Shown here: positions 38,857 through 49,092 of the stretch, one piece after another
Layout: each line of letters opens with the position of its first letter
Numbering within the stretch: position 1 is the first letter of the stretch
NCBI GenBank assembly: GCA_963555815.3
Contig: CAUVWX020000001.1
Span: forward strand, 800,001-864,000
Source: a bacterium
GTDB taxonomy: Bacteria; UBA8248; JACPRG01; G963555815
Length of the DNA stretch: 64,000 nucleotides
Direction: 5' to 3'
Notes under the pieces: model-generated
What the model was told of the DNA's origin: nothing
The model's database searches: none
What the model saw: only the letters and a program-made list of their open reading frames with translations
Translations under genes and position numbers: made by a program

Positions 38857-39381
38857 TCATTCCTTTCGAAGGGGGGCCTCTTCTTGGACAGGCCTTGGGG
38901 CAAAAGGGCTCTGGGTGCTCAGGCCGGGGACCACTTCCGGGCCCGACCCGGGAGGGTCAGGGTTAGGAAAGACAGCGGCGTGGGAGAATCCCTTCCGGAG
39001 ACGGTAGAAGAAGAAGTAACTGAGCTGTCGGGGGGCATTGGTGACCTGGTCGATCAGGAGGTGGAGGAGGTAGCCGAGGACCGCCCCCAAGAGCCAGAAG
39101 TTTGAAGAATACCACCAGACGGCAAGGCCGCAGAGGGGGACCCACTCATAGGCGTGGAGGGGGAGATAGACCGATCGGGGATGTGGCTTCTGGAACCCTA
39201 GACAAGCGAGGTGGCGGAAGCCCTTCCGCCAACCCCATGTCCCGACAAAGTCGGGTATGTGGTCGAGGTCAACGAGCCAGCCAGAGAGGAAAAAGCCGGT
39301 TCCCATCTCGATGGACCCTGTGGCAAGGCCGATAAGGGCCCCCCCGGCCGCCGAGACCCCAATGTGCCCCGCCGCGTTCAC
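38857..39381 (-). CDS. Membrane-bound metal-dependent hydrolase (YdjM-like)
   Basis: N-terminal His, LVDLDH, LHAYE, GYLLHLLID. Confidence 0.7.
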   Translation of the reverse strand: MNAAGHIGVSAAGGALIGLATGSIEMGTGFFLSGWLVDLDHIPDFVGTWGWRKGFRHLACLGFQKPHPRSVYLPLHAYEWVPLCGLAVWWYSSNFWLLGAVLGYLLHLLIDQVTNAPRQLSYFFFYRLRKGFSHAAVFPNPDPPGSGPEVVPGLSTQSPFAPRPVQEEAPLRKE

Positions 39382-39478
39382 AAGGAGAATACCCCCTCGA
39401 GGGGGCCGAGAATAACCCGCCCGCTTGGCCCTTTGGGATTAGGATTTGGCAAGAAGGTCTGGATGAGAGCCGCCCCCG

Positions 39479-39715
39479 TCAGTCTCCCGCCATCTGGCCT
39501 CGGAGCCGCTCCTTTTTCCACTTCTTCTTTAGATAGTTGATGACCAGGATCTCCACCATCTCCTCGGCGGCCTCCCGGTCCTCTCCGAAACCGTAGAATT
39601 CTTTTTCGACCTCCGGCCCCTGGCCTTCCGTCAGGAGGATCGCCCTGGATTCCCATTTCCCTTCGCCTGGGCTTGTCTCGATCTCGACGGCCCGATCCAG
39701 GACAGCCTTTCTCAT
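39479..39715 (-). CDS. Small hypothetical protein
   Basis: GGGAGG SD; 78 aa. Confidence 0.6.
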   Translation of the reverse strand: MRKAVLDRAVEIETSPGEGKWESRAILLTEGQGPEVEKEFYGFGEDREAAEEMVEILVINYLKKKWKKERLRGQMAGD

Positions 39716-39765
39716 GGCAACCTCCCTTCGGGGCCAGGCTTGCCCCTCAAGGTTCCATTCCTATT

Positions 39766-40559
39766 TCAAGCGTCCTTCGCGATGGCGCGGCAGGCCTCCG
39801 CGTTGGTGGCACTCACCCGATCGACGAGGGCCGAGAGGACAGACTGGTCGAGCCCCATCTGGCGGGCCATATCGAACTGGGCCTGGACTTCCCGCTCAAG
39901 CCCTCGCGTGATGCTGACAGAAAGACGGATGAACAGAACCTCACGCTCCGTGAGGAGACCCGTTTCGACCGCGCCCTCTGATCGGCCTTCAACACCCTGG
40001 GCCGAGTTCGAGGTTGCCCAACTGTCTTTGGGCTCTCCGCGTTCTGCGTCCGGGGGGCGGACATTGACAGCCTGAATACCTTGGGGGAACTGAGCTACGT
40101 CAAATTCCACCAGCTGGTTCTCATGAAGGCCAGTGAAGTTCAAACCTTGCAACTTGGAGCAGTGAAAGAAGAGGTCCTCCCCTTGTACCGTCTCAATAAA
40201 TCCAAAACCCCGCTCACTAACGATCCGCTTAATTCTCCCCTTGGATATACTGCTCTGATTATTTCCACCTTCACGCCGCCTTGCCCCCCCCCCCTGAGAG
40301 TCTCTCTCCGGGAGGCGGGGAACTGGGTCCAGGACGAGGTGCCAACAAATTCAGCTCTCTGATCCCTTGGCGAAGACTGTCTCCCCAAAAACCTTCTTTC
40401 GGGTCCAGAAGCTTCCCAACTTTCTCCCGGACCTCTTTCTTCCCCCTCTTGATCAAAAGTCTCCGCTCTCTTTTCTTGCTGATCTAAGGATCCCTCTATC
40501 TCTTCTGGATCCAAGGGGTCTCTCTCTTCTTGATCTAAGAATTCCTCTCTGTCTTCCAC
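39766..40559 (-). pseudogene. Cold-shock-domain protein with acidic N-terminal extension, split at a G11 tract (40284-40294)
   Basis: KGRIKRIVSERGFGFI..DLFFH..VEFDV..QAVNV in the frame of ORF 39766-40152 with no ATG/GTG/TTG before it; G12 or G9 fuses it to the SD-led ORF at 40559. Confidence 0.7.
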
Positions 40560-40564
40560 GGCCG

Positions 40565-40756
40565 TCAGGCCTCCATATCCAACAAAGACTTCTTAATATT
40601 GAAGAGCTTTCCGTCGCCCTTCTTGATTAAGACCAGCTCTCCTTCCCATTCCTTCACAATCTCCACCTCTTCTCCACTTTGGAACTCTATTGACTCTGTT
40701 TCTCCCTCCTTTCCCATCCGAAGATAGGCAGTGAACGCTTCCTTCACCTTTGCCAT
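40565..40756 (-). CDS. Small SH3-like hypothetical protein
   Basis: IEFQSGEEVEIVKEW..VLIK..GKLFNIKKSLL pattern; GAGG SD. Confidence 0.6.
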   Translation of the reverse strand: MAKVKEAFTAYLRMGKEGETESIEFQSGEEVEIVKEWEGELVLIKKGDGKLFNIKKSLLDMEA

Positions 40757-40902
40757 GTTTTCTAAACCCTCAATGATAACTGTCCAAGCTGCCTTTCCCC
40801 CGGAGACACATCTCTGGTCCGGGGGCCACCGCCGCAAGATATAGGGAGCAACCCCAGATTGTCAACGAAGTGCGCTCTACCAGTTCGGGCCTATATTTCT
40901 TT

Positions 40903-41211
40903 TCACTTTTCAGGTGCCAGCGGATGTCGGCCTCTGGCCTCGGCTTCCACTCGCTTCTTGGTGTCGTGCTCCATCAGGATCTGGCTCATGGTCTTCTGGA
41001 TCTCCTTCGCCTCCTCCTCCATCTGAAGAGATTTTAGACATTCCCGGGCCATCGAGAGGGCTTGATAGTTCTCTGGATACTTCTGGGGAAAGGCCTCAAA
41101 GGCGGCGCTGGCCTTGGTGAGGCACTCCGAAATTTCCCCTTGGGCCTTGGCGGCCTTCGAGGCTTCCATGAGTCGGTCATATTCGGCTTTCTTTTCTTTT
41201 TCTTCCGTCAT
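40903..41211 (-). CDS. Helical hypothetical protein (TPR-like)
   Basis: GAGGTGAGG SD; all-helical composition. Confidence 0.6.
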   Translation of the reverse strand: MTEEKEKKAEYDRLMEASKAAKAQGEISECLTKASAAFEAFPQKYPENYQALSMARECLKSLQMEEEAKEIQKTMSQILMEHDTKKRVEAEARGRHPLAPEK

Positions 41212-41376
41212 GGCCTCACCTCATCTTCTGGGCAAGCTTTTTCGCCGGCCTTCGCTCTGTTGGGAGATGGGGAAGGTTGCTGAGGGAGCCCCTTATTTTC
41301 ATGATCATAACATTTCGATATTCCGGTCTATTTTGCCCACTGCCACTGCCAATTTCAAGGGGGATTTGGCTCGCCG

Positions 41377-42219
41377 TCAAGGCACCAAAGCCTCGACCCA
41401 GGAAAAAAGACGCCTTGCCTTCTCCTCCTTCCCTTGCTCTTGATAGATGGCAACGAGGTTTCTGCACATCCGAGCCAGGATCTCCCGGTGGCCCACGGGG
41501 GCCAGGAAATCTTCCTGAAAAGGAAATCCAAGGGAGTCAAAGAGGACCTCACAATCCACCCTTGAGAGGAGTTCACCGCCGGCGAATGCGTCGATGAAGA
41601 TGGGTGGCTTTGTCCCCTCCTCGTACCGCAAGAGAAAGTGGCCGGGGGATCCCACCCCCCTTAGGGGAAGCCCCAGGCGCTTTTGACCGATGAGGAGATA
41701 GAGGGCCGAGAGCGAGATGGGGATGCCCCTTCGCCGGTCGAGGACTTGATTGAGGAAGCTATTTTCCGGATCGTAGTAGGCTTGGTGGTCGCCGCGAAAC
41801 CCTTTCTCGTGAAACAAGTAGTGGTTCAGAAGATGGAGGGCCTCCACCCCCTTGGCGGGACGCAGAATGGGCCGAAGGTCTTCCGCCATGACGTCCAGAA
41901 CCCCCCGGTAGCGTCCCTCGTCGAGGTCTGGATAAGCCCACCTTGCCAGCAAAAAGCACCCCACCTCCAGGTCAGGGTCCGGTCCCTCCGCCCAGCGAAC
42001 CAGTTCCTGATTCAAGACCTCTTCGGTAGAGGCGCCGAGCAGAGAGCGGGCACGAAGGCGGACCAGCGGGTCCCCGTCCTCATCGGCCAGGCGCCGAAGG
42101 GGATCCTGAGCGACTTCCCCCAGGGAGAGAATTTCTTTCGCAATGGCTTTCCAGACGACGGGGTCTTTGTCCCTCATCAAGATCAGGAGGGATTTAAGCT
42201 TGTCGGAAGAAGAAGTCAT
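41377..42219 (-). CDS. SirB1/transglutaminase-like family protein
   Basis: FRGD..YYDPENSFLNQVLDRRRGIPISL, PGHFLLR, FIDAF, ILARM. Confidence 0.85.
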   Translation of the reverse strand: MTSSSDKLKSLLILMRDKDPVVWKAIAKEILSLGEVAQDPLRRLADEDGDPLVRLRARSLLGASTEEVLNQELVRWAEGPDPDLEVGCFLLARWAYPDLDEGRYRGVLDVMAEDLRPILRPAKGVEALHLLNHYLFHEKGFRGDHQAYYDPENSFLNQVLDRRRGIPISLSALYLLIGQKRLGLPLRGVGSPGHFLLRYEEGTKPPIFIDAFAGGELLSRVDCEVLFDSLGFPFQEDFLAPVGHREILARMCRNLVAIYQEQGKEEKARRLFSWVEALVP

Positions 42220-42227
42220 CCTGACCT

Positions 42228-42626
42228 CTAGGGAGCCGGTTCAGACGGGGCCGCATTGACGGCTGAGGGCTCCATCAGGTGATGGCGATGGGGGTCCTTC
42301 AGGGAGTATTCAACAGAGACCTCGTCGCCCACCCGCGTTGCGCGGTAGCGTGGGGCTTCAACCCTCGCCTCGCCCGTCACGGCGCGCCCATCCACAGTCC
42401 GAAACTGAAAGGTGATGCGGTGAACTTCCTGGCCGTTTTCCTCCCGTTCCACCCTCTTCTCCGTTACGCGCGCGACCGTCCTCTGGCGGTCCGCCCCGTC
42501 CGACAGGGTGCTCAACCGTGGGAAATAGATGAAATGGAGGTACGCGGTGAGGATTATAACCAACCCGGCCGACAGGACAAAAAACCTGCGATAGGGAAAG
42601 TTTCGCCGATGGCCCTCGCCTCGCAT
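42228..42626 (-). CDS. DUF3592-like membrane protein
   Basis: N-terminal TM; TVARVT..F.TVDGR..VGDEVSVEY..DP. Confidence 0.65.
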   Translation of the reverse strand: MRGEGHRRNFPYRRFFVLSAGLVIILTAYLHFIYFPRLSTLSDGADRQRTVARVTEKRVEREENGQEVHRITFQFRTVDGRAVTGEARVEAPRYRATRVGDEVSVEYSLKDPHRHHLMEPSAVNAAPSEPAP

Positions 42627-42777
42627 GAAAGACCTCCATTTTCTCTATTCGACCGATTCCAGATCCTTCCGTCAAGGTCAGAGAGGGCCGGAGTTCCCGG
42701 CCGCCGTTGACCCCCACCTCTTTTGCCGTTATTATAAAGGGGAATTTGGCCTCCGTTTCCCTACCCATCAGAAAGAT

Positions 42778-45252
42778 ATGTCCTCTTTCCTTGCGACAGA
42801 TGCTCCACCCCTTTATGTGCAGGTGGCGGTATCCCTGCCTCTTTATCAGACTTTCACCTATCGGGTCCCAGAACACCTGAGGGAAAAGGGCCGGGGGGTT
42901 CGAGGAGATCGGGTCCTCGTCTCCTTCGGGGGCCGAAGACTGACTGGATATGTGGTGGGGCCTGCCCCCGCCACGCCGGGCAAGGGAGTTCCCGAGGTCA
43001 AAGACCTCCTGGAGGTCCTCGATGAAGCCCCGGTTGTGACGGAGGAGATCTTTAGACTCACTCGGTGGCTTGCTGACTATTACTGTGCAGGCTGGGGGGA
43101 GGTCCTGAGGACCGCCCTGCCGGCGCTGGGAAGAGGCAGACGGGCTCCCCTCTGGAAGCTCTCCGAGGCGGGAGAGGAGGCGCTGGCCGCAGGAGCGGTC
43201 CGAAAGGGGTTGCGCCGGGGGATCCTGGAGATCCTGAGCGAGCACCGGGAGGGTCTCACCGCTGGGCAAACGGCCCGCCAGCTGGATGGACATCCGGAGA
43301 GCAGCATCCGGCCGGCCCTAAGACACCTGGCGCGCCAGGGCTGGGTCGAGGTGAGAAATCTCCCCGCGCGTTGGCGGACAAGGCCGACACTTTTGGCCGA
43401 GCTCGTTCAGCCCCCCGAGGAACTCGAGGAAGAGAAGCTCAAGCGGCGCGCGCCTCGCCAGTGGGAACTTCTGCGCCTCCTCTTGAAGACCCCTTCCCTC
43501 CGCCTCGACGCCCTCCCCGCCGGGCTTCGCGGGGGGCCGCTTCGGGCCCTCACGGCCAAAGGCTGGGTGAGAGTCCAGGAGGCAACAGGCGCGGGCGATG
43601 GGTCAAAGGACCGGGCAAAACCCTCTCCTCTTCGTCCCACGCCCCATCAGACACAGGCCTTTGGGCCCATCGCGGAGTCACTTCGCCAGGGAGGGTTTCA
43701 GGCCTTCCTGCTCCACGGGGTGACCGCCAGTGGAAAGACTGAGCTCTACCTTCGCGCCATCGAGCAAGTCCTGGCAGACGGGAAGGGGGTCATTGTCCTC
43801 GTCCCCGAGATTGCCCTCACACCGCAACTCCTCGGGCGGTTTCGGGAGCGCTTCGGCGAACAGGTCGTTGAACTCCACAGCGACCTCAGCGACCCTGAGC
43901 GCTATCGGGGATGGCGTTGTGCGGCTTCCGGGGAGGTCCCCATCGTCGTGGGTGCCCGCTCGGCCATCTTCACCCCTGTGCCCCGACTGGGACTCATCGT
44001 CGTCGACGAGGAGCACGAGCCCTCCTATAAGCAGGAAGAAAGTCCCCGCTACCACGCCCGGGACGTGGCCCTCATCCGGGGGAGGTTTGCGGGGGCGACG
44101 GTGATCCTGGGCTCGGCCACCCCTTCCCTGGAAAGTTACTGGAACGGGCGAAAGGGAAAGTATCATTACCTCTCCATGCCCAAGCGAGTAGAGAATCGCC
44201 CTCTCCCCTCTGTCTCCATCGTGGACATGCGAAAGGAGGCATCTTCGGAGGGCATCCTCTCGAAACCCCTCAAGGAGGCCCTTGAGGAGCGCCTGAGACG
44301 GAAGGAACAAAGCCTTCTCTTCCTCAACCGCCGTGGGTTCGCCTCCGCCCTTCTTTGCCGGGACTGTGGCCACGTGGCCCAGTGTCCCCACTGCGCCGTC
44401 TCCCTCACCTTCCACCTTCAGGCCGCCTGTCTTCGCTGTCACTACTGCGGCCATCGGGCCCCTGGACCAAAAACGTGTCCAGGCTGCGCAGGGGTCCGCC
44501 TGGACCGCCGGGGTCTCGGGACACAGCGTGTCGAGGAGACGGTACAGCGGCTTTTCCCCGAAGCGGCCGTGGGGCGTATGGACCGCGACACGACTCGGGC
44601 CCGTGGAGCCCATCGCCGCATCCTGGACCGTCTGGCGCGCGGCGAGGTGGACATTTTGATCGGGACCCAGATGATCGCCAAAGGCCATGACTATCCCGCC
44701 ATCACCCTGGTGGGGGTCATCTCGGCCGATATCTCTCTCAACATGCCTGACTTTCGGGCCGCCGAGCGCACCTTCCAGCTCCTGACCCAGGTGGCCGGGC
44801 GGGCGGGGCGGGGCTCGGGCCCAGGCGAGGTCTTTCTTCAGACCTATCGCCCGGACCACTATTGCATCCGCTTCGCAAGGACTCAGGATTACGACGGATT
44901 CTGCCGGCAGGAGCTGGAGTTCCGCCGTGAGCTTCGCTACCCTCCCTTCAGCCGTTTGGCCCGTCTGCGTGTGGAGTCGGGCGATGCGGAGATGGCGAAG
45001 GAATTCGTCGGCCGTCTGGCGGACGCAATGATAAAGATCCTTCCCGCTGGGGTAGCGGAAGTGATGGGCCCTTCTCCGGGCGTCTTTCCCAAACTCCAAA
45101 ATCGCTATCGGTGGCAAATCCTGCTGAAAGCGTCGACACCAAAGCTCCTCCTTCAGGCACTTCGGATGGGAAGTGAGTTGACCGAAGGACGTCTTCGCCC
45201 TCCCTCCAAGGTCCGATTCGGCGTGGATGTGGACCCGGTGGAGCTGTTCTGA
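42778..45252 (+). CDS. priA: Primosomal protein N'
   Basis: LHGVTASGKTE, DEEH, FLNRRG, four CxxC, GTQMIAKGHD, QVAGRAGR. Confidence 0.97.
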   Translation: MSSFLATDAPPLYVQVAVSLPLYQTFTYRVPEHLREKGRGVRGDRVLVSFGGRRLTGYVVGPAPATPGKGVPEVKDLLEVLDEAPVVTEEIFRLTRWLADYYCAGWGEVLRTALPALGRGRRAPLWKLSEAGEEALAAGAVRKGLRRGILEILSEHREGLTAGQTARQLDGHPESSIRPALRHLARQGWVEVRNLPARWRTRPTLLAELVQPPEELEEEKLKRRAPRQWELLRLLLKTPSLRLDALPAGLRGGPLRALTAKGWVRVQEATGAGDGSKDRAKPSPLRPTPHQTQAFGPIAESLRQGGFQAFLLHGVTASGKTELYLRAIEQVLADGKGVIVLVPEIALTPQLLGRFRERFGEQVVELHSDLSDPERYRGWRCAASGEVPIVVGARSAIFTPVPRLGLIVVDEEHEPSYKQEESPRYHARDVALIRGRFAGATVILGSATPSLESYWNGRKGKYHYLSMPKRVENRPLPSVSIVDMRKEASSEGILSKPLKEALEERLRRKEQSLLFLNRRGFASALLCRDCGHVAQCPHCAVSLTFHLQAACLRCHYCGHRAPGPKTCPGCAGVRLDRRGLGTQRVEETVQRLFPEAAVGRMDRDTTRARGAHRRILDRLARGEVDILIGTQMIAKGHDYPAITLVGVISADISLNMPDFRAAERTFQLLTQVAGRAGRGSGPGEVFLQTYRPDHYCIRFARTQDYDGFCRQELEFRRELRYPPFSRLARLRVESGDAEMAKEFVGRLADAMIKILPAGVAEVMGPSPGVFPKLQNRYRWQILLKASTPKLLLQALRMGSELTEGRLRPPSKVRFGVDVDPVELF

Positions 45253-45253
45253 G

Positions 45254-45282
45254 TTGATTTCACGTAGGCGGAGGAGTATATT
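45254..45282 (+). promoter_or_regulatory. Sigma70 promoter upstream of def
   Basis: TTGATT-N17-TATATT. Confidence 0.5.
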
Positions 45283-45353
45283 CAGAGAGCTTTGATCCTA
45301 CTGATTTCTAAGGGATTCTCTCTCTATCCAGATCGGGACGCGAGGTCTCTGAT

Positions 45354-45872
45354 ATGGTGGTCCGACCGATCCTCATATACCCCAACCCGAGCCTGCGACG
45401 AAAGGCGAAACGGGTTCAGGGGATCACCGAAGAGGTGAGCGCCCTGGTCAGGGACATGTTGGAGACCATGCGGGCCGCCCCTGGCATCGGGCTTGCCGCC
45501 CCACAGGTGGGCGTGAGCCTTCGGGTCATCGTCGTGGACCCGAGCACCGGAGAGGACCCCAAAGCTGTCCTGGCCCTCATCAATCCCGAGATCATCTCGA
45601 CCGAAGGCTCCTGTGTGGCCGAGGAGGGTTGCCTTAGTCTGCCCGAGGTCGCGGAAGAGGTGGAGAGAGCGGAAAGGGTGACGGTGCAGGCGGAATCTCT
45701 CGACGGGCGCAAGGTTGAGGTCAAGGCCGAAGGTCTCCTCGCCCGTATCCTCCAGCATGAGGTGGACCATCTGGAGGGCACCCTCCTCATCGACCATCTG
45801 AATGGCGTGAAACGAGAGCTTGTCGAGCAAAAACTCCGAAAGCGCCAGCGGGAAGCGGTCGAGGCAAGCTAG
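45354..45872 (+). CDS. def: Peptide deformylase
   Basis: GIGLAAPQVG, EGCLS, QHEVDH. Confidence 0.97.
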   Translation: MVVRPILIYPNPSLRRKAKRVQGITEEVSALVRDMLETMRAAPGIGLAAPQVGVSLRVIVVDPSTGEDPKAVLALINPEIISTEGSCVAEEGCLSLPEVAEEVERAERVTVQAESLDGRKVEVKAEGLLARILQHEVDHLEGTLLIDHLNGVKRELVEQKLRKRQREAVEAS

Positions 45873-45899
45873 GGGCATCCAGGGTGTTCGGGAGGACAT

Positions 45900-46829
45900 A
45901 TGCGCGTCTGGTTCATGGGCACGTCCGACTTTGCGGTGCCCTGCCTGGACGCTCTCCTGGGCTCCAGCCATGAGATCCTGGGGGTTCTCACCCAGCCGGA
46001 CTCTCCAGCCGGAAGGGGGCGCAGACTAAGACCTCCCCCCATTAAAATTAGGGCCGTGGAAGCCGGGCTGAACGTCTATCAGCCTGAAAAGCCCCTCTTG
46101 AAGGGGAGCCTCCTGGAAGGGGTTCAGCCTCCCCCAGATCTTGTCCTCGTCGTGGCTTATGGTCACCTCTTGGGTCCGGACCTCCTGAAGTGGCCCGTGC
46201 GGGGTTGTGTCAACCTTCACGCCTCTCTTCTCCCGAAACTTCGAGGGGCGGCCCCCATCAACTGGAGCATCCTCAACGGAGAGACCGAGACGGGAGTGAC
46301 GACCCTTCTAATCACAGAACGCCTCGACGCGGGGCCTATCTTGCTTCAGCGGCCATGCCCCATCCTGCCCGAGGACACGACCGAAAGCCTGTCGGCGCGC
46401 CTTGCAGGGATGGGAGCGTCGCTGGGTCTTGAAACCTTTGAGGCCTTGGAGGATTCCCGGATCACTCCTCAGCCCCAAGAAGAGACCCTGGCCACCTATG
46501 CCCCCAAGCTCAAGAAGGCCGACGGGATCATCGACTGGTCTCTCTCTGCGGAGGTGATCTGTCGAAAGGTTCGGGGACTTCGCCCTTGGCCCGTGGCGCA
46601 GACTTCCTGGGGCGATGGGATTCTTTTCATCTGGTCGGCCCATCCGTCCCCGGCCGAAGCGGGCGCCCTTCCTGGGACTGTCCTCGGCTTGAGGGAGGAA
46701 GGGATCGGGATTGCCGCCCTGGACGGAACGGTCATCATCACCGAGATCCAGGCCGAGGGGGGAAAGCGTATGGAGGCCCAGGCCTTTTGGCGCGGACACC
46801 CCCTCCTTTCGGGCACACCATTGGCCTGA
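45900..46829 (+). CDS. fmt: Methionyl-tRNA formyltransferase
   Basis: FMGTSDFA, TQPD, NLHASLLPKLRGAAPI, LDAG. Confidence 0.96.
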   Translation: MRVWFMGTSDFAVPCLDALLGSSHEILGVLTQPDSPAGRGRRLRPPPIKIRAVEAGLNVYQPEKPLLKGSLLEGVQPPPDLVLVVAYGHLLGPDLLKWPVRGCVNLHASLLPKLRGAAPINWSILNGETETGVTTLLITERLDAGPILLQRPCPILPEDTTESLSARLAGMGASLGLETFEALEDSRITPQPQEETLATYAPKLKKADGIIDWSLSAEVICRKVRGLRPWPVAQTSWGDGILFIWSAHPSPAEAGALPGTVLGLREEGIGIAALDGTVIITEIQAEGGKRMEAQAFWRGHPLLSGTPLA

Positions 46830-46833
46830 ACGC

Positions 46834-48219
46834 ATGACAGTGACAAAAAATCTCAAGAGAAACAGCGTTAGAGGCCTGGCCCTCGAACTTCTCTGCGAAG
46901 CGGAACAACCAGGAGAAAGGGTCAACGAAAGGCTGCGGTCCCTGCAAGACAGGTCAAACCTAGAGGCCCGGGACCGGGCTTTCCTTCGGGAGCTGGTCTA
47001 CGGGACGCTCAGGTGGCGGGGATATCTGGACCTCGCCCTCTCTCGGCATTTGAAGGATCCCCTCGAGGGGCTGCCAGAACCCATTCGAAATCTCCTCCGT
47101 CTGGGGGCCTATCAGATCCTCTTCACCGACAGGGTGCCCGCCCGGGCGGCCGTCAACGAGGCGGTCCTGCTCGCTCGCGAGAGGGGCTTTGATGGCCTGA
47201 CGGGTCTTGTGAACGGAGTCCTTCGGAACCTCTCCCGCACGGCGACTGCAGACGAAAAGCCTATTCCACCAAAGATGGAGTCGACGGTGGCAGGGGCTGC
47301 GGAACTCGCCGTCTCCACCTCTCACCCCGCCTGGATGGTGGAACGGTGGGCGGCGCGATGGGGCATGGAAAGGGCAGAGCGGATCTGCCGAGCCAATAAT
47401 GAACTGGCTCCCCTCACGTTGAGGGTGAACCTCAGAAGATCGACCCCCGAACTCCTCCAGAAATCTCTCAGGGAGGCGGGTTGCGAAGTGACGCGGGGAA
47501 CCCTTTGCCCTGAGATCCTTCGAATTGCGGGGGGGCCCGAAATTCCCTCTCTGCCCGGTTACCGGGAGGGGTGGTTTCAGGTCCAGGACGAGGCGGCAAC
47601 CCTGATGAGCCATGTGGTGTCCCCGCGGCCAGGCCAGCGGGTCTGGGACGCCTGCGGGGGTCCGGGGGGGAAGGCGACCCATCTGTCCGAGCTCATGGAG
47701 GACAAGGGGCTCGTCTTGGCGACGGACCATCATGCGGGACGCCTGAGGCGGGTCGGTGAGAACACAAGGCGCTTGGGCCTGAGGGCGGTGATGCCGGTCC
47801 GGCTGGATATCCTGAGGGGTGGGCTAAAAGCCGCTCAATTTGATATGGTCCTCCTGGATTCCCCGTGCTCAGGTCTGGGGGTCCTTAGACGCCACCCTGA
47901 GGCCAAATGGAATAAGCGGAAGGAGGACATCAAGCGGCTCGCCGAGCTTGAGCTATCGCTCCTTCGGACGGTGGCCGGCAGCGTGACCCCAGGGGGTCGG
48001 CTCGTCTACTGTGTCTGCTCGAATGAGCTGGAGGAGACAAGGGGAATTCTTCAAGCCTTCGCCGACGGCGCGCCCCTTCGGTTCTCTCTGGAATCTCCCG
48101 AAGGCGATCTCCCCTGGGCGGCCCGAAGGTTCTTGTGTCCGGACAAAACGGTTGAGATCCTGCCGGGCGACGCCGGGACGGATGGTTTCTTTGTAGCGCG
48201 ATGGCGAAGAGAGGATTAA
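46834..48219 (+). CDS. rsmB: 16S rRNA m5C967 methyltransferase
   Basis: NusB-like N-terminus; VQDEAA, DACGGPGGK, DSPCSGLG, YCVCS. Confidence 0.93.
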   Translation: MTVTKNLKRNSVRGLALELLCEAEQPGERVNERLRSLQDRSNLEARDRAFLRELVYGTLRWRGYLDLALSRHLKDPLEGLPEPIRNLLRLGAYQILFTDRVPARAAVNEAVLLARERGFDGLTGLVNGVLRNLSRTATADEKPIPPKMESTVAGAAELAVSTSHPAWMVERWAARWGMERAERICRANNELAPLTLRVNLRRSTPELLQKSLREAGCEVTRGTLCPEILRIAGGPEIPSLPGYREGWFQVQDEAATLMSHVVSPRPGQRVWDACGGPGGKATHLSELMEDKGLVLATDHHAGRLRRVGENTRRLGLRAVMPVRLDILRGGLKAAQFDMVLLDSPCSGLGVLRRHPEAKWNKRKEDIKRLAELELSLLRTVAGSVTPGGRLVYCVCSNELEETRGILQAFADGAPLRFSLESPEGDLPWAARRFLCPDKTVEILPGDAGTDGFFVARWRRED

Positions 48220-48236
48220 AAAGGAAGGATTTAGCG

Positions 48237-48953
48237 ATGGGGAAATTTCTGAAGTTCCTCATCTACCTGGGTCTGGTGACGGGCATCGGCCTGGGCAGTG
48301 GGTATCTTGCGATGCGCTGGGTCCTGGGGGTCGGAGAAATCCCCGTCCCGTCCATCGTCGGAAGACACGTCGTGGAGGCCCTGGAGTCCCTCGGAGGTGT
48401 GGATCTCAACCTCGAGGTCCGCGGCCGAGAGTTTGACCCTGTCGTGCCCCTTCACCATGTGATCCGCCAGGACCCCGCGGCGGGTGAGCCTGTTCGGCGG
48501 GGTCGGCGGGTCGCCATAATCCTGAGCGGGGGGACCAGGGAGACCAATGTCCCTGACCTCAAGGGGGAGCCCTTGAGCCAGGCCAGAGGCCTCATCGGGG
48601 GTTTGGGCTTTCAGATCGGAAGGGTGGTCTGGACTCACTCCCCGACCCACTCCGAGAACACCGTCATCGCCCAAGACCCAGGGCCCGATGGGACGGCGGA
48701 GCGAGGCAGCAACGTGAACATCTTGGTGAGCCGGGGACGCTTGAAAGCGACCTATTTGATGCCCGATCTCATCGGTGAGGACCTAAACCGGGCCGTTGGA
48801 ATCCTTCAGACTTTTTCCCTTCGCCTGGGAAAGGTGAACCACGAGGTATACCCCGGCCTTGGGCCTGACGTCATCATTCGCCAGGAGCCCAAAGCCGGAC
48901 ATTTGGTGAGCCCAGGGGAAATTGCCCACCTCGTCGTCGCCCGCCCTCGGTAA
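48237..48953 (+). CDS. Membrane-anchored triple PASTA-domain protein
   Basis: N-terminal TM; three VP.L.G..VI.Q.P units. Confidence 0.88.
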   Translation: MGKFLKFLIYLGLVTGIGLGSGYLAMRWVLGVGEIPVPSIVGRHVVEALESLGGVDLNLEVRGREFDPVVPLHHVIRQDPAAGEPVRRGRRVAIILSGGTRETNVPDLKGEPLSQARGLIGGLGFQIGRVVWTHSPTHSENTVIAQDPGPDGTAERGSNVNILVSRGRLKATYLMPDLIGEDLNRAVGILQTFSLRLGKVNHEVYPGLGPDVIIRQEPKAGHLVSPGEIAHLVVARPR

Positions 48954-49092
48954 TGCGAATCGGGGGGGGACAGGGAAAGACGTCTTCTTTCGCCACCCCC
49001 TCCCGAATGACCCGGGGGAGGTGGCGGTCCGTGCAGTATTGTGATCTGTCTCGACAGAGAGATCATTTTCGGGGGGAGGAGAAAATTTTGTC

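Noticed and set aside
22490..40559. Treating all homopolymer frameshifts (C8, A4, G11) as one coordinated phase-variation system
   Set aside because: Cannot be told apart from sequencing indels without reads, although the housekeeping genes here show no such breaks; each is reported separately with that caveat.
40757..40865. Hairpin-containing leader upstream of the SH3-like gene as a riboswitch
   Set aside because: One GC hairpin and a plausible promoter only; no match to aptamer consensus sequences I can recognise.
48954..49092. Structured intergenic region near ffh as SRP RNA
   Set aside because: Lacks the conserved SRP domain IV (CAGG..GGAA..AGCAG) signature; probably ordinary hairpins.
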